A DNA stretch of 64,000 nucleotides from Candidatus Omnitrophota bacterium (GTDB lineage: Bacteria; Omnitrophota; Gorgyraeia; Zapsychrales; Zapsychraceae). Made by a program: the position numbers and the translations under genes. This document shows positions 18,491 to 28,340 of this stretch, in pieces (the first letter of the stretch is position 1; every line of letters starts with the position of its first letter). The DNA is taken from the NCBI GenBank assembly GCA_029261065.1, contig JAJDCB010000024.1, positions 102,364 through 166,363 on the forward strand. Reading direction: 5' to 3'. The notes beneath the pieces are model-generated. The model had not been told where the DNA came from. It did not search any database and saw only the letters and a list, made by a program, of their open reading frames with translations.

Positions 18491-21286
18491 TTAGCGAACA
18501 TTAACTTTTTGCTGCGCTTCACGGATAATTGATGTTGCATCTAAAATAAGAGCTATACTTCCATCTCCTAAAATCGACGCACCACTTATGCCTTGGACAT
18601 CTGAAAAATGGTCCGGCAAAGATTTAATAACAATTTCGTCTTCTCCAATTAACCGATCAACTTCCACTCCAATTGTTTCATCCCCATCTGTAAGAACCAC
18701 GATTTTCCTTGAATTTTTATTTTCATTACTTTTGGTATTCATCCTTAAAATTGTTTCTAGATCAACTAGGCTTAAGGCATGACCTCTTAATTTTACTGTT
18801 GTATTTCCCTCTACTGAGAAAATGGAGTCGTCTTCAACTTTAATAATTTCAGAAACACATTCTAATGGCATAGCAAAAACTTGATTATTGATAACCACTA
18901 AAAGAGCTTGAATAATGGCTAAAGTAAGAGGAATCTTAATGCTAAAATTTGTTCCTCGACCAAGTTCAGTATCGATTTCTACCGTTCCATTTAATTCTTC
19001 AATAGTTCTACGCACAACATCCATACCAACACCACGACCTGAAATACCGGTAATTTGTGCAGCTGTACTAAAACCTGGCATAAATATGATTTGAAATTTT
19101 TCTTTCTCTGTCATTTGATCTAGCTTTTCTTGTGTCAGTATTCCTTTTTCTAAAGCTTTTTCAGATAGTTTGTTTGAGTCCAACCCTTTACCATCATCAT
19201 TAATTTGGATACATATATTATTTCCTTCATAAGATGCTGACAATTTAACTGTTCCCGCTGCTGGTTTATCTGTTAGAGCTCTATCTTCGGTTGTTTCTAT
19301 ACCGTGATCAACAGAATTTCTAATCATATGTGTTAAAGGGTCCCCCAATTCATCAACAATTTTTTTATCAAGCTCTGTTTCTTCACCATAAATCTCTAAA
19401 TTAATATCTTTTTTTAATTCTTTAGCAATATCGCGAACCAACCTTTTAAAACGAGTAAAAACGCCCTCAATAGGAACCATCCTCGTTGACATCACACCTG
19501 ATTGGATGTCGCTTGATAATTTACTCAAAGCGCTGGTCGCCTCATCGAGACTATAAAGTTTTGTGTTAACCTCTTTCATTGAAAGTTTGTTCGATAAATT
19601 AAACATCTCAGATTCCAGTAAGCCAAAAATTTTATTCAATCTATTTGCATTTGCATTCTCATCCCCGAGTGATTGGGATGAATTTTTTCTTAACGCCATC
19701 TTTAATTCAGCAATTTTTCCACCAACTTGACTTAAACGCGTAACATTTTCCTTTGATTGTGAAACTTCATGTTTAACCTCACTAACCAACTGTGCAAATT
19801 TTGCTCTCGTAATTACAAGTTCTCCTGCTAAATTCATAAGGCTATCTAGCCTCCTAGTATCGATACGCATTGTTGTCACTTCAACGCCAGCAGTTTTGGT
19901 TGTTGATGGTGTTTCTTTTTCTTTCATAGCAACCTCTTTTTTTACAGTTTTTGTTGGATTTGCCGTTTTTGTCGTAGGAGCAACTTCTTGAACTAAAGAG
20001 ACTTCTTCTTTTTCAATATTAATTACTTCAATTTGATCAATGCTAATGGCAATATCAATGTCCTTTAACAATTTTGAGGTTGTCAAAATGACACCAACGT
20101 ATACGGCCGTTTCTACATTATCATCGATTAATTCGACATCAGGTTTACAATGAATAATTTCTCCTAGCATGGCTAATTTTTCATTACAAACATTTGCTTT
20201 AATGTTTTTTGTTACACAATTTGCATCAACAGCATAACTGACTCGAAACACATTTAATCCATCTTTTGTTGCATTCTCTTTTAAAGCTGTCAAGTTTTCA
20301 GGCAAATCACTAAATAATTGTGAAACATCAACAGAGTCACCTGTCGTTTCATTAAGAGATTTAGTTGATTTTTCAAGTTTTAATTTATCAATACATTTTT
20401 GAAGCTTTTGAATGACATCAGTATTATTCAAAAGGGCATAGTTTGTTTCGCGAATTTGAGCTGCGGAGTTTTTTATCCAATCAATCCCTATAAATAATGT
20501 AGAAACTATATCCGATTCAGGAACTAGCTTTTCTTCCCTGTATTTTGACAACAAATCTTCCATTTTATGCGCAACAAGTTCAATATCGTTTCTTTTAATT
20601 ATGCCAGATGAGCCTTTGATGGTATGTGAAATTCGAAATAATTCATTAACAGCTTCAATAGGATCAACTTTATTTTCTTCAAGTTGAATCATAACTTCAT
20701 TAAAACGATCAATATTTTGAAATGTATCATCTAAATAAGCTCCCACATATTTTAAAAAATCCTCGCTAGGGGCAGCTACTTCAGTCGCGGCTTCTACAGG
20801 CGGCGTTATTTTTTCTTGAGAAACACCAGCTTCTTCACTTGTCGTTTTAGCAGAATCTGTTTTCCCTGATGTTCCATCTAAAACGGCTTTTATTTCAGTA
20901 ACAACATCAGTGGTGTCCCCTTCATCCGTACCATCCGATTTTAAACGGTCCAATAAAGAACTCAATGTATCAAAAGCGTTGAATAAAACATCTATAATAT
21001 CAATTGTAAGCACAAGTTCACTATTTCGAACACGATCAAGAATGGTTTCCATCTCATGCGTTAATCCTGAAATATTTGAAAAATCAAGAAAACTTGCGGT
21101 GCCCTTAATCGTATGTGCCGCCCGAAACATTGTGTTTATCATATCTACAGAGACTTCTTCATCATTCTTAAGAATTTCTTCAGCTTTAAGAAGATTATCA
21201 TTTAACTCTTGTAGATATTGTTCACTTTCTGAGAGGAATTCAGCAATAATTTCGCTTCTATCATCGTCTATCTCTGAGTCACTCAT
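18491..21286 (-). CDS. cheA: Chemotaxis histidine kinase CheA with two N-terminal Hpt (P1) domains
   Basis: Two H-x-x-K-G phospho-His motifs (AAHTIKGTASFL; ISHTIKGSSGII) separated by a Ser/Thr/Glu-rich linker. HATPase_c blocks (HGIE..., GRGVGMDVVR) and a C-terminal CheW-like P5 domain. 931 aa. Confidence 0.95.
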   Translation of the reverse strand: MSDSEIDDDRSEIIAEFLSESEQYLQELNDNLLKAEEILKNDEEVSVDMINTMFRAAHTIKGTASFLDFSNISGLTHEMETILDRVRNSELVLTIDIIDVLFNAFDTLSSLLDRLKSDGTDEGDTTDVVTEIKAVLDGTSGKTDSAKTTSEEAGVSQEKITPPVEAATEVAAPSEDFLKYVGAYLDDTFQNIDRFNEVMIQLEENKVDPIEAVNELFRISHTIKGSSGIIKRNDIELVAHKMEDLLSKYREEKLVPESDIVSTLFIGIDWIKNSAAQIRETNYALLNNTDVIQKLQKCIDKLKLEKSTKSLNETTGDSVDVSQLFSDLPENLTALKENATKDGLNVFRVSYAVDANCVTKNIKANVCNEKLAMLGEIIHCKPDVELIDDNVETAVYVGVILTTSKLLKDIDIAISIDQIEVINIEKEEVSLVQEVAPTTKTANPTKTVKKEVAMKEKETPSTTKTAGVEVTTMRIDTRRLDSLMNLAGELVITRAKFAQLVSEVKHEVSQSKENVTRLSQVGGKIAELKMALRKNSSQSLGDENANANRLNKIFGLLESEMFNLSNKLSMKEVNTKLYSLDEATSALSKLSSDIQSGVMSTRMVPIEGVFTRFKRLVRDIAKELKKDINLEIYGEETELDKKIVDELGDPLTHMIRNSVDHGIETTEDRALTDKPAAGTVKLSASYEGNNICIQINDDGKGLDSNKLSEKALEKGILTQEKLDQMTEKEKFQIIFMPGFSTAAQITGISGRGVGMDVVRRTIEELNGTVEIDTELGRGTNFSIKIPLTLAIIQALLVVINNQVFAMPLECVSEIIKVEDDSIFSVEGNTTVKLRGHALSLVDLETILRMNTKSNENKNSRKIVVLTDGDETIGVEVDRLIGEDEIVIKSLPDHFSDVQGISGASILGDGSIALILDATSIIREAQQKVNVR

Positions 21287-21307
21287 ATTTTAGTCCTTCC
21301 TTAACCT

Positions 21308-22357
21308 TTAGTTTAGGTTACAGATTTTTGAGATGGCTTTACTAAAATTTTGAATATCTAATTCTAAATCAACAGCACCAGCGTTGTTAGCAGCTTTTGG
21401 CATTCCGTAAACAACACAGCTTTCTTCATCTTGCCCAAGAACATAGGCACCTTTTTCATGTAATTTGACCAGCCCTTTTGTTCCATCATCACCCATACCT
21501 GTTAATATCAATCCTAATATACTCCCTTTAAAATTTTCACTTACAGAGTCAAATAGCACATTACACGATGGACAAAAACCAGAAACTTTTTCTTCTCCAG
21601 CTAAAGATAAATAAGGACCCGTGGAACCAGATTTAAGTCTCATTTGAACTCCTCCACGCGCTAGATAACACCAACCTTTTTTTATTTTGTCTCCCTCTTC
21701 TGCTTCTTTGACATTAATTTTTGATAATTTGTCTAATCTTTCAGCAAAACTTTTTGTAAATTTTTCAGGCATATGTTGAACCCAAACGATCGGAGGACAT
21801 TCTTCTGCTAAATGTGGTAAAAATGCAGTTGATGCCTGAACCCCTCCTGTTGACGATCCTAGTGCAATTAGATCAATTTTTCTCTTAGGTAGTACGCTTA
21901 AATCAAATATCTTCTTTTTCGTTATGTTGCCATCTGGTGCTGTTTTATTAATAAGCTTAAACTTATTACGTAAAATAATACCCTCTATTTTACGAACAAG
22001 AGTATGAATTATCTCATCAATGCCTAAGGCATCCGATGCTGGTTTGACAAGATAATCAACAGCCCCATATTCTAAGGCTTTAATAGTTACTCTAGAGCCT
22101 TCATTCGTCAAAGAACTAAACATAAAAACAGGTAGTGGACAATCCTTCATGATACATCTCAAGGCTTCAAGACCATTCATGACAGGCATTTCGCAATCTA
22201 ATATTAACAAATCAGGCTTTTTTAATTTAACTAAATCAATAGCTTCTTTGCCATTTTTGGCCTGACCAACAACCGAAACTTTTCCTGTAGCTTCTAATTT
22301 TTCTTTTAAAACACTTCTTAAAAAAGCAGAATCATCTGCTAAAAGTACATTAGTCAT
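21308..22357 (-). CDS. cheB: Chemotaxis methylesterase/deamidase CheB (receiver plus methylesterase)
   Basis: N-terminal REC (VLLADDSAFLR ... LLILDCEMPVMNG). C-terminal catalytic triad blocks GSSTGG, VQHMP, GMGDDG. Confidence 0.95.
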   Translation of the reverse strand: MTNVLLADDSAFLRSVLKEKLEATGKVSVVGQAKNGKEAIDLVKLKKPDLLILDCEMPVMNGLEALRCIMKDCPLPVFMFSSLTNEGSRVTIKALEYGAVDYLVKPASDALGIDEIIHTLVRKIEGIILRNKFKLINKTAPDGNITKKKIFDLSVLPKRKIDLIALGSSTGGVQASTAFLPHLAEECPPIVWVQHMPEKFTKSFAERLDKLSKINVKEAEEGDKIKKGWCYLARGGVQMRLKSGSTGPYLSLAGEEKVSGFCPSCNVLFDSVSENFKGSILGLILTGMGDDGTKGLVKLHEKGAYVLGQDEESCVVYGMPKAANNAGAVDLELDIQNFSKAISKICNLN

Positions 22358-22363
22358 ACAATA

Positions 22364-23179
22364 TTAAGTTGATTTCTGAAACATACTCGAACGAATGAGT
22401 GTAAAATTTGAATTTATATCATTGATAGTTTCCGACAAACTTATAAACAAATAACCGTTCGATGCAACATTTTTTTCAACATTTGAAACAATTTCTTGTT
22501 TTGCTGGTTGATCGAAATAGATAAGAACATTTCTCATAAATATAATATCAAATTCTTTTTCAGAAAAGGCCTTTTTTAAATTGTGATTTGAAAATTGAAC
22601 CTTATTTTTTATAGAGTCAATAACTTTATATTCTGGTTTCGAGCCTTTAGATGCTTCTTCAATAGTAAAATATTTTGACACAAGAGAGTCCGGTGTTTGT
22701 CTTAAGCTTCTTTCATCATAGACGGCATTTCTAGCAAAGCTAACAACAGACGTATTGATATCTGAGGCAAAAATAGAATAGGTTATGCGTGAATTTTTTT
22801 TTGTAAATTCTTTTAAAAGAATAGAAAGGGAATAGGGCTCTTCGCCTGTCGAACAGGCAGCACACCAAATTTTAATTTTTGACTTTTTTTCAGCAAGAGT
22901 AGGAAGAACGACATCATACAAATAATTCATTTGAACAGAATGTCTAAAAAAATATGTTTCATTTGTCGTTATAGCATTTATAAATTCTTCAGTTTCTTCA
23001 CTATTAGGTTTCTTAACAACATCAATATACTCAGCAAAATCTTTTAAACTTAGTTCATTAACACGTTTGCCTATACGAGCACTCACCAAATGCTTTTTTG
23101 AGTCTCGTAACATGACCCCTGTTTTTTGATACATCAAATCTCGAATTTTTTTAAAATCAATATCTGAAATATCTTCCAT
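22364..23179 (-). CDS. cheR: Chemotaxis protein methyltransferase CheR
   Basis: CheR N-terminal helical domain plus SAM-MTase core (IWCAACSTGEEPYSL). 271 aa. Confidence 0.9.
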   Translation of the reverse strand: MEDISDIDFKKIRDLMYQKTGVMLRDSKKHLVSARIGKRVNELSLKDFAEYIDVVKKPNSEETEEFINAITTNETYFFRHSVQMNYLYDVVLPTLAEKKSKIKIWCAACSTGEEPYSLSILLKEFTKKNSRITYSIFASDINTSVVSFARNAVYDERSLRQTPDSLVSKYFTIEEASKGSKPEYKVIDSIKNKVQFSNHNLKKAFSEKEFDIIFMRNVLIYFDQPAKQEIVSNVEKNVASNGYLFISLSETINDINSNFTLIRSSMFQKST

Positions 23180-23184
23180 TGGTT

Positions 23185-23697
23185 TTATTTAGTATTACCT
23201 ACTCCTATTTCTCTAATGACATCTTCTTGTAACTTGCCTAAATCAATAATTGTCACCATTCTCCCTTCAAGTTCGCCAATACCAACAACGCAATCTTTAT
23301 CAATATTTGAGGCAACAGATGGGGCTGGGTCTATTTTTGATTTTGACAATTTAATGTTTTCTAATATTTCATCAACAATAAAACTAAAAGAAACACTACC
23401 GACCTCAGCGACAACAATTTTTGTTTTTTCACTAAAGGCAACATCCGCCAAATTAAACTTAATTCTTAAATCAAAAACACTGATTACGCTACCTCGAATA
23501 TTTATAACGCCTAAGACAAACTTAGGCATTTGAGGAATGTGCGTAATCATTTGAACACGATTGACTTCTTGAATATCAATAATCCTAACGGCATATTCTT
23601 CGTTTGCAAGTTTAAAACAAACGAATTGCTCCACATCATCAGAATCTTCCACATTTTGAATGTCTAACATATTGTCAACTGTTAAGTCTTCTACCAT
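23185..23697 (-). CDS. cheW: Chemotaxis coupling protein CheW
   Basis: 170-aa CheW-like domain (FVCFKLANEEYAVRIIDIQEV...VINIRGSVISVFDLR). Confidence 0.9.
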   Translation of the reverse strand: MVEDLTVDNMLDIQNVEDSDDVEQFVCFKLANEEYAVRIIDIQEVNRVQMITHIPQMPKFVLGVINIRGSVISVFDLRIKFNLADVAFSEKTKIVVAEVGSVSFSFIVDEILENIKLSKSKIDPAPSVASNIDKDCVVGIGELEGRMVTIIDLGKLQEDVIREIGVGNTK

Positions 23698-23721
23698 TGT
23701 TAATCCTTATCTAGAAGGTTT

Positions 23722-25980
23722 TTAACCAAAACTTAATTTTTCTTCATCATTATTATCTTTGGCTCTTGCTTTAGTTTGTGTGTTTCCTTTTTTAGCAGTA
23801 ATTGTTACAGGTTTTGAAGGCAGCTCTGTTGTATCGTTAGATTTTGTTTGAGTGGACTCTCTAGATTCTCCACCATCTTCCGATACACGAAACCGACCAA
23901 CAAGGTCAATAAGTGTTGCCGATTGTGCTGCCATTTGTTCTGAAGAGGATGCCAATGACTCAGAAGCGGTAGCATTCCCCTCGGTAATGGCTGTATTTTC
24001 TTCCATGGTAGCTGCTTGTTCAGATGTTGCATTAGAAATACTTTTTAACTGCTCTGCAACACTAGTAATATCCACAAGCATTTCTTTTAAACTATCACCA
24101 GCTTCTTTGGATAGATTAACACCTTGTTCAACTTGGTTAGAACTCTCAACGATAAGATTCTTAATATCTTTAGCAGACTCAGCACTTCTTTCTGCTAACT
24201 TTCTTACCTCATCAGCAACCACAGCAAAGCCCTTACCATGCTCACCAGCCCGAGCAGCTTCAATGGCCGCATTTAAAGCAAGTAAATTTGTTTGATCTGC
24301 AATGTCTGTTATTATTTCTACGGCTTCCGTTATCTGCTTTGAGCTTTTTTCTATTGAGCCTATAGCTTCAATAGTATTATCCATACCTTCAGCCGTTTTT
24401 TCCGCTTTCTTGGACACACTTTGAGCCGAATCATCAGCAGATGATGCACTGGTTGAGTTAGATTGGACTGAACTTGATAATTCTTCAAAACTTGCAGATT
24501 GCTGTTGCGCACCATCTGAAATTTTACTAGCACTTGTAGCAATCTCGTCAGTTCCTAAATTTAATTGTTGAGATGAAGATTTCACTTGTATTATGATATC
24601 TTCAATTTTAGTTACAAATTTGTTAAAATTATTAGCCAAGTCTCCTAATTCATCTTTATTCGCTATCTGTATTCTTTTTGTTAAATCCCCTTCGCCTTCT
24701 GCAATATCCTGCATATTTTTATTTATATAATTAATTGGTTGCGTAATCGATTTACTAACAAAAATACCTGTTACAGCAACAATACCAGCAATGATAAGTG
24801 CGACAAGAAGAACTTGCCAGGTTAAACTTTTTATAGGCGCCATAATTTCACTTAATTCAACCTCGGAAATTAAAAACCAATCTAGCCCTTCAATATCTAT
24901 TGTTGAATATGAAGATACAACTTTTTTTCCTTTATAATTTACATCTTCTATTGTACCGGTTTCTCCAGCCACAGCATTTTTACTAGACTCATTTTCAACC
25001 TTAATTTTTTGAATGGTTGATTCTTCTGAAAATCTGGAATCCGATTTAAAAAATTTATCAGAACCAATTATGAAACTTTCACCTGTTTCACCCATACCAG
25101 AGTGCTCTTGAACTACTTCATTAATCCCATCAACAGGCATTTGAAAAACTAAAGCTCCTAGTAGCGTGTCTCCATCATATATTGGTGAAGCTGTAAAAGA
25201 GGCGGGTGCATTGTAAGAGGGCTCATAAAAATCAAAATCGACAATATTAACAAAATCTTTTTGTCCACTTAACAACGCCTCTTTCGCCGCTCTTGCAAAA
25301 TTTGTATTGCTATATGGTCCATTAAACAATGAAGTTGCATAATCAACTTCCTTAAAAACAGAATATACAATGGCCCCATTTACAGGTTCAACCAAAAAGA
25401 TATCGTAATAACCAAATTCTTGCAAATAAGAACGAATTATAGCGTGATATTGTTCATGCAATTTAGAATATATTGTACTATCATTGGCTTTTTCTAAGGC
25501 TTCTTTGGCACCAATAGGATGTGAATTATTTGCAATGTAGTGATATTGCAAGACTTTTGCTGCAACTGTTTTTGGCATCCAACGATCAACAGCACTGGTG
25601 TCTGAACCATCTGTGTTAGCCTGTTGATATGTATATCGGTCTCTTAGTTTCCCATCGATCGTAGATTTATTTTCCTTATAAAAGTCACCTTCTGAATCTT
25701 CAATTTTTGAATAAGCATACGAAAATTGTTTCATTGCCTGAACTATCATACCATTCTGTGAAAAAGTTTTTACCTGGCCCTTATATGAAGCCATATTATC
25801 TTCCAAAGATTTTTTCTTAATGGCACTAACAGCTTCTAATTTTTTTTGTAAAACGTCCGAAGTCATTTTTGAAGCCGATTTAATACTTAAAATTGAAACA
25901 ATTAGCAAAGGAATCAAACCCAATGCCATAAAAAAGAAAATCAATTTTGTTTTAATTTTGAATTTTTTAAAAATGTTCAT
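23722..25980 (-). CDS. mcp: Methyl-accepting chemotaxis protein with about 350-aa periplasmic double-Cache-like sensor, HAMP and MCP signalling domains; Ser/Thr-rich C-terminal tail
   Basis: TM1 [21 protein letters not shown] and TM2 [19 protein letters not shown]. Highly conserved hairpin tip region ...[35 protein letters not shown].... No C-terminal NWETF-like pentapeptide. Confidence 0.95.
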   Translation of the reverse strand: MNIFKKFKIKTKLIFFFMALGLIPLLIVSILSIKSASKMTSDVLQKKLEAVSAIKKKSLEDNMASYKGQVKTFSQNGMIVQAMKQFSYAYSKIEDSEGDFYKENKSTIDGKLRDRYTYQQANTDGSDTSAVDRWMPKTVAAKVLQYHYIANNSHPIGAKEALEKANDSTIYSKLHEQYHAIIRSYLQEFGYYDIFLVEPVNGAIVYSVFKEVDYATSLFNGPYSNTNFARAAKEALLSGQKDFVNIVDFDFYEPSYNAPASFTASPIYDGDTLLGALVFQMPVDGINEVVQEHSGMGETGESFIIGSDKFFKSDSRFSEESTIQKIKVENESSKNAVAGETGTIEDVNYKGKKVVSSYSTIDIEGLDWFLISEVELSEIMAPIKSLTWQVLLVALIIAGIVAVTGIFVSKSITQPINYINKNMQDIAEGEGDLTKRIQIANKDELGDLANNFNKFVTKIEDIIIQVKSSSQQLNLGTDEIATSASKISDGAQQQSASFEELSSSVQSNSTSASSADDSAQSVSKKAEKTAEGMDNTIEAIGSIEKSSKQITEAVEIITDIADQTNLLALNAAIEAARAGEHGKGFAVVADEVRKLAERSAESAKDIKNLIVESSNQVEQGVNLSKEAGDSLKEMLVDITSVAEQLKSISNATSEQAATMEENTAITEGNATASESLASSSEQMAAQSATLIDLVGRFRVSEDGGESRESTQTKSNDTTELPSKPVTITAKKGNTQTKARAKDNNDEEKLSFG

Positions 25981-26379
25981 TTAAGAACCTCCAATTGTGT
26001 TTGTAGATTTAATATATTTTGTAAGCGTCCATTGATCAGTATCATCAATGCCGTCAAAGGAAACAGCAACGTCATATAAATTGCCTGGTTGCTCCTTTTG
26101 GCAACGTTTAACACAAGCAATTAATTCTAAAGGCTTTTCATAAGAAAGCTCCTCGGGTTTATAAAAAGTAGAGCTATATTTTTTAAAATGTGGTATATAA
26201 ATTTTTAAATTCAAAATTTCTTTTTTAGAATAGCTTTTTTTTGAATAAAACAAAAGACCACCAACACTAATATTTTTTGTCTTAGAATTTTCTTGAGTGC
26301 TAAAATTATTTCGCCTTTGACAATCTAAGGAAAAATGTTTATTCAATCGGCTGTATTTTCTTTTCTCACTTATAGACAT
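25981..26379 (-). CDS. Single-domain PilZ (c-di-GMP-binding) protein embedded in the che operon
   Basis: Canonical PilZ motifs RxxxR (RKYSR) and D/NxSxGG (NISVGG). 132 aa. 10-nt overlap with cheV upstream and abuts the MCP gene downstream. Confidence 0.75.
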   Translation of the reverse strand: MSISEKRKYSRLNKHFSLDCQRRNNFSTQENSKTKNISVGGLLFYSKKSYSKKEILNLKIYIPHFKKYSSTFYKPEELSYEKPLELIACVKRCQKEQPGNLYDVAVSFDGIDDTDQWTLTKYIKSTNTIGGS

Positions 26380-27296
26380 AATTTATCAACAGTTTCAACA
26401 AGCAAATCGATTTCTGGTTTTGTTAATTGCCCATTAGCACCAACTTTTCTACACTTATCGGCCAACTCATCCGTTATCATAGAAGAAAAGACAACGCACG
26501 GTAAATCCTTTAAGTCTTTCTCTGCGCGAACCTTACTAATTAAATGCAATCCATCCATCTGCGGCATTTCTATATCTGTAATAAGTAAATTGCAAAAATC
26601 ACTTACATCTTTAAAACCTTCTGATTTTACCTCGTCTTGAAAGGCATTCCATGCCTTTTCACCATCTGTAAAAGCCTTAACTTTGTATCCAGCTGTTGAA
26701 ACATAATCAACCAATAATTGACGTATATATGCAGAATCTTCTGCTATAAAAATTTGTTTAGTTGATCTATCGACTTGATTTGTTGATTTTGGCTTAGCAT
26801 CGGCAACGCCTTCTAATCCAGCTTCGGGATTGATGATAGAAGCAATTTTTTCAAAATCTAGCAGAAATAGTATTCGATCTTCTATTTTGATAACTCCAAC
26901 AGCATATCCCATTTTAGAATTAACTAATCCCGACGGGGCACCAACATCCTTCCAAGAAATACGATGAATGCGGGTTACTTCATTAACCCAAAAACCTGCT
27001 TGAAGTTTATTGAATTCAGTAACAATAATACGACTGGCTTTTGGGTCGTAATCAACATCAATTTTTAATTGTTTAGCAAGTGTAACAACAGGCGTAATTC
27101 TACCACGTAAATTAACGACGCCAGCTACGGATTCATGAGAATCAGGAACAGGAACAATACCAATATTTGCCCGAATAATCTCTCTTACCTTGGCAACATT
27201 AATTCCATAATATTCATTTCCGATTTTAAACTCAATAATTTCTAACTCATTCGTTCCTGCCTCTAACAGAATTTGCTGCTTATTATTTTCGCTCAT
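26370..27296 (-). CDS. cheV: Chemotaxis protein CheV (CheW-like domain plus C-terminal receiver)
   Basis: N-terminal CheW-like (LEIIEFKIGNEYYGINVAKVREI). C-terminal REC (IFIAEDSAYIRQ ... LLITDIEMPQMDG ... VVFSS ... LTKPE). Confidence 0.9.
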   Translation of the reverse strand: MSENNKQQILLEAGTNELEIIEFKIGNEYYGINVAKVREIIRANIGIVPVPDSHESVAGVVNLRGRITPVVTLAKQLKIDVDYDPKASRIIVTEFNKLQAGFWVNEVTRIHRISWKDVGAPSGLVNSKMGYAVGVIKIEDRILFLLDFEKIASIINPEAGLEGVADAKPKSTNQVDRSTKQIFIAEDSAYIRQLLVDYVSTAGYKVKAFTDGEKAWNAFQDEVKSEGFKDVSDFCNLLITDIEMPQMDGLHLISKVRAEKDLKDLPCVVFSSMITDELADKCRKVGANGQLTKPEIDLLVETVDKLCL

Positions 27297-27417
27297 TTTA
27301 TGATCCTTATTTACTATTTGATTATGTTATTAATATAATCTACTGTTGATGTAAGTCAATAAAAAAGCAATATTTTTCACATCTTATACAAAACAACTAG
27401 GGAACCAATAGGTGGTG

Positions 27418-27771
27418 CTATAACGAATCTAAAATTTTTTTTGCTATCTCAACTGTTATTGGTTTTTTAATTAAAGAGATTGCGCCATTATCCTGTAATA
27501 TTTTCTCTCTCTCGTCGGTAGCTTCTACAGTAGTTACGATTAATTTTTGGTTTGGAAATTTAGCTTTAATATTTTTTAAAATTGTCAATCCATCTTCTGC
27601 GCCTAAATTATCATCAAGGATAATCAAATCAAAATTTTCTTGTTTATCTAATAAAGCATAAAGCCCGTCAGGATCTAATGTTGTTTTGACATCAGCACCA
27701 CACTCTAAAAAAAGATTTTTATGCTTGTTTAGTGCGAACTCGCCATTATCCAATAAACAAATTTTTGCCAA
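27418..27771 (-). CDS. Single-domain receiver protein
   Basis: ICLLDNGEF ... LIILDDNLGAEDG ... LIVTTVEA ... LIKKPI. Confidence 0.75.
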   Translation of the reverse strand: MAKICLLDNGEFALNKHKNLFLECGADVKTTLDPDGLYALLDKQENFDLIILDDNLGAEDGLTILKNIKAKFPNQKLIVTTVEATDEREKILQDNGAISLIKKPITVEIAKKILDSL

Positions 27772-27786
27772 TTTGATATCCTTTTT

Positions 27787-28143
27787 TTAAGCTATCTTTG
27801 ATTTAAAATCCAAATATGCACTTTTTAACTGTGGGCAGAGTTTACTTATTTCTGCAATATCACTTTCCGCTTTTGAAAGTTCATCAATACTAGCAGCAAT
27901 TTTTGAAACATGATCTATTCTTAAATTTGCATACACACCCTTTATTCTGTGCGCTATCGCTTGTATATCTTCATGATTTTGTTGTTCAATTCCTTTTTCT
28001 AAAGCTATTAAGTCAGTATCACATTGCGTAAATGAAGAAATTAATATACTCTTATAAACATCTACAGGAATACTTAACTCACCACTTTTTTCTTTAAGAA
28101 AACTATCTAGATCAAAGTCATTGTTTTCATTTTCATTTGACAT
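27787..28143 (-). CDS. Stand-alone histidine phosphotransfer (Hpt) protein
   Basis: Hpt H-x-x-K-G motif (IAHRIKGVYANL) in a 118-aa all-helical protein. Confidence 0.7.
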   Translation of the reverse strand: MSNENENNDFDLDSFLKEKSGELSIPVDVYKSILISSFTQCDTDLIALEKGIEQQNHEDIQAIAHRIKGVYANLRIDHVSKIAASIDELSKAESDIAEISKLCPQLKSAYLDFKSKIA

Positions 28144-28163
28144 AAATTTGTCCTAATTTTAAA

Positions 28164-28331
28164 TTAAAATAAATTTAAACTTTTTTGCGTATCATCTTCT
28201 TGGATGTTATTTTTATTGAAATTTTTTGCCAAGATTATAACAAGAGAAACGATAACTATGGCTATAATCACAAATGATATAACCACCCATAATTGTGTTC
28301 TTTTCTTTTTTGGATCATAAAATATTGACAT
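28164..28331 (-). CDS. Possible small single-TM membrane peptide (55 aa), absent from the ORF track (below 60 aa)
   Basis: Hand translation: MSIFYDPKKKRTQLWVVISFVIIAIVIVSLVIILAKNFNKNNIQEDDTQKSLNLF. Fills the otherwise empty 196-bp gap between the Hpt gene and the tandem-CheX gene. No clear SD. Confidence 0.2.
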   Translation of the reverse strand: MSIFYDPKKKRTQLWVVISFVIIAIVIVSLVIILAKNFNKNNIQEDDTQKSLNLF

Positions 28332-28340
28332 ATCTAAAAT

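Noticed and set aside
23722-23800. C-terminal CheR-tethering pentapeptide (NWETF-like) on the MCP
   Set aside because: The MCP ends …[10 protein letters not shown] with no aromatic pentapeptide. Absence noted, not a feature.
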